Assembly: GCA_964597895.1 (NCBI GenBank)
Contig: CAZQZS010000001.1
Location: forward strand, 183,178 to 247,177
Length of the DNA: 64,000 bases
Source of the DNA: an uncultured Candidatus Saccharibacteria bacterium
GTDB taxonomy: Bacteria > Patescibacteriota > Doudnabacteria > UBA920
Direction: 5' to 3'
Both the position numbers and the translations under genes were made by a program. A model generated the notes under the pieces. That model made no database searches. It worked only from the letters and a program-made list of their open reading frames with translations, and was not told the origin of the DNA. This document shows, one piece after another, positions 63,095 through 64,000 of this stretch. How positions within the stretch are numbered: position 1 is the first letter of the stretch; every line of letters begins with the position of its first letter.

Positions 63095-63646
63095 TTAATC
63101 CAATCGCACAGAATTTACCAGTCCTGCGAGTTCTGGTAAATATTCGCCAGCATCGGTGCCATCAAAGACGTAATAATACTCACCCACTTTGGTTTGGTAG
63201 ATAAGGTTATTAAAATTTGTGGTTAGGTAACCGTTGGCAGTAGTATAATTGGCTTGGGATAATGTTTGCGGTGCAGCTGGGGCGATTTTGCTTAGATAGA
63301 TTTTGATTTGCGCTCTAGGATTGGAGCGGGTCACGGACACAACGTATAGATCAGGGACATCGTCGTTCCAGGTAACGTTCCATCCTTGAGGTCGCAAGAA
63401 AGTCAGTGGGTAGTCTTGGTCTTTAAATTCGTTCCATCTCGTAGTATCTGCAGCTTCTACCTGCCTAAAACTTGTTTGGGTTGGTTGATTGTCAGGTTGT
63501 GCTTGGATGGGTTGAGTGGCCGCCGGAGCTTCTACATATAAGCGGTTGATGCGGCTCAATACCAAAGCGGCATACACTGTGCAGAGTACGATAATGGTCA
63601 GAAGCACAAAGCTTCTACTGGGGGTTGAGTGATGAGTCAACTTCAT
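63095..63646 (-). CDS. Hypothetical membrane-anchored protein (183 aa)
   Basis: N-terminal TM anchor. Confidence 0.5.
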   Translation of the reverse strand: MKLTHHSTPSRSFVLLTIIVLCTVYAALVLSRINRLYVEAPAATQPIQAQPDNQPTQTSFRQVEAADTTRWNEFKDQDYPLTFLRPQGWNVTWNDDVPDLYVVSVTRSNPRAQIKIYLSKIAPAAPQTLSQANYTTANGYLTTNFNNLIYQTKVGEYYYVFDGTDAGEYLPELAGLVNSVRLD

Positions 63647-63878
63647 CGTAAGTTTGTTTGGCTTGTTCTAGTTTTTCTTTGGCATCTATGGTGTTGCCGT
63701 AAACATCTGCTATATTGCTTTCGTTGCCGCAGTAGTAAAGATTATTGGTTAAGGCAACGCAGTAGCCAGGATTCTTTTGGACGTAAGAGTATTTAGGTAA
63801 AAACCAAACCAAAAATATTACTAATGCAATTACAACTAGGTAAAATACGTATTTGGCAATATGGAACATGTGCGGCAT
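63615..63878 (-). CDS. Hypothetical membrane-anchored small protein (87 aa)
   Basis: N-terminal TM helix; overlaps downstream gene by 32 nt. Confidence 0.45.
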   Translation of the reverse strand: MPHMFHIAKYVFYLVVIALVIFLVWFLPKYSYVQKNPGYCVALTNNLYYCGNESNIADVYGNTIDAKEKLEQAKQTYDEVDSSLNPQ

Positions 63879-63983
63879 TGGTTTGGTTTCAGGTGTCGGA
63901 CTTTTATTTATTATAGCACAAACAAGGGCTAGGTTGAAAATTGTCAGGATTTGAATTATAATATTGTGGAATTTTGAAATCGA

Positions 63984-64000
63984 TGGGGTATAGCCAAGTG
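63984..64000 (+). tRNA. 5' start of a second tRNA-Gln-like gene, truncated by window end
   Basis: tggggtatagccaagtg identical to the 5' end of the 58546-58620 tRNA. Confidence 0.5.

Noticed and set aside
1-64000. CRISPR arrays or rRNA genes
   Set aside because: No regularly spaced direct repeats with unique spacers and no rRNA-like sequence seen; the repeat families present are dispersed structured elements, not arrays.

Overview
This 64 kb window is moderate-GC and gene-dense, with the gene content and order of a reduced-genome Patescibacteria/CPR-type bacterium. The ribosomal proteins lack L30, the transketolase is split into two subunits, the window contains one 4-helix-bundle 'IVS-type' protein gene, and most genes have AT-rich, SD-poor starts.

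Gene content in order:
- 137-6534: S10/spc ribosomal-protein operon (rplP-rpmC-rpsQ-rplN-rplX-rplE-rpsZ-rpsH-rplF-rplR-rpsE-rplO-secY). The canonical adk/map/infA/rpmJ/alpha-operon genes that usually follow secY are absent downstream.
- 6724-14781: a cluster built around an 852-aa membrane-anchored P-loop ATPase of the type IV coupling protein (VirD4/TraG) class. It is followed by three membrane/secreted proteins of unknown function and two soluble proteins.
- 14976-22127: a GtrA-like protein, dnaX, a secreted protein, HtrA, RuvX, a four-helix-bundle protein and GalT.
- 22124-33933: a glycolysis/pentose-phosphate supercluster (tpiA, rpiB, rpe, split transketolase, PfkB kinase, class II FBA, gap, pgk, eno, DUF1653, gpmI).
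- 34164-48437: recJ, rnhA, a PEGA protein, murA, mreB, dinB, a cassette of four small paralogous proteins, a two-component system, a SpoU methyltransferase, a PRAI-like protein and a small Cys-rich protein.
- 48580-50900: an AT-rich islet carrying tRNA-Ser(UGA) with an abnormal 34-nt variable region and an IS1595-family transposase.
- 51247-64000: the dcw cluster (mraZ-rsmH-ftsL-ftsI), PBP1A, DUF167, tRNA-Gln plus a duplicated tRNA half, a Cas4-like nuclease, YbaB, mnmA, and the start of a second tRNA-Gln at the window edge.

The most striking non-coding signal is two families of GC-rich structured intergenic repeats. Family A (4 copies) ends 6-12 nt before the start codons of rplP, rplN, rplO and mraZ. 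Families B and C (2+2 copies) share a hairpin with compensatory base changes. Several additional single-copy structured leaders sit upstream of mreB, downstream of secY, and between rplE and rpsZ.
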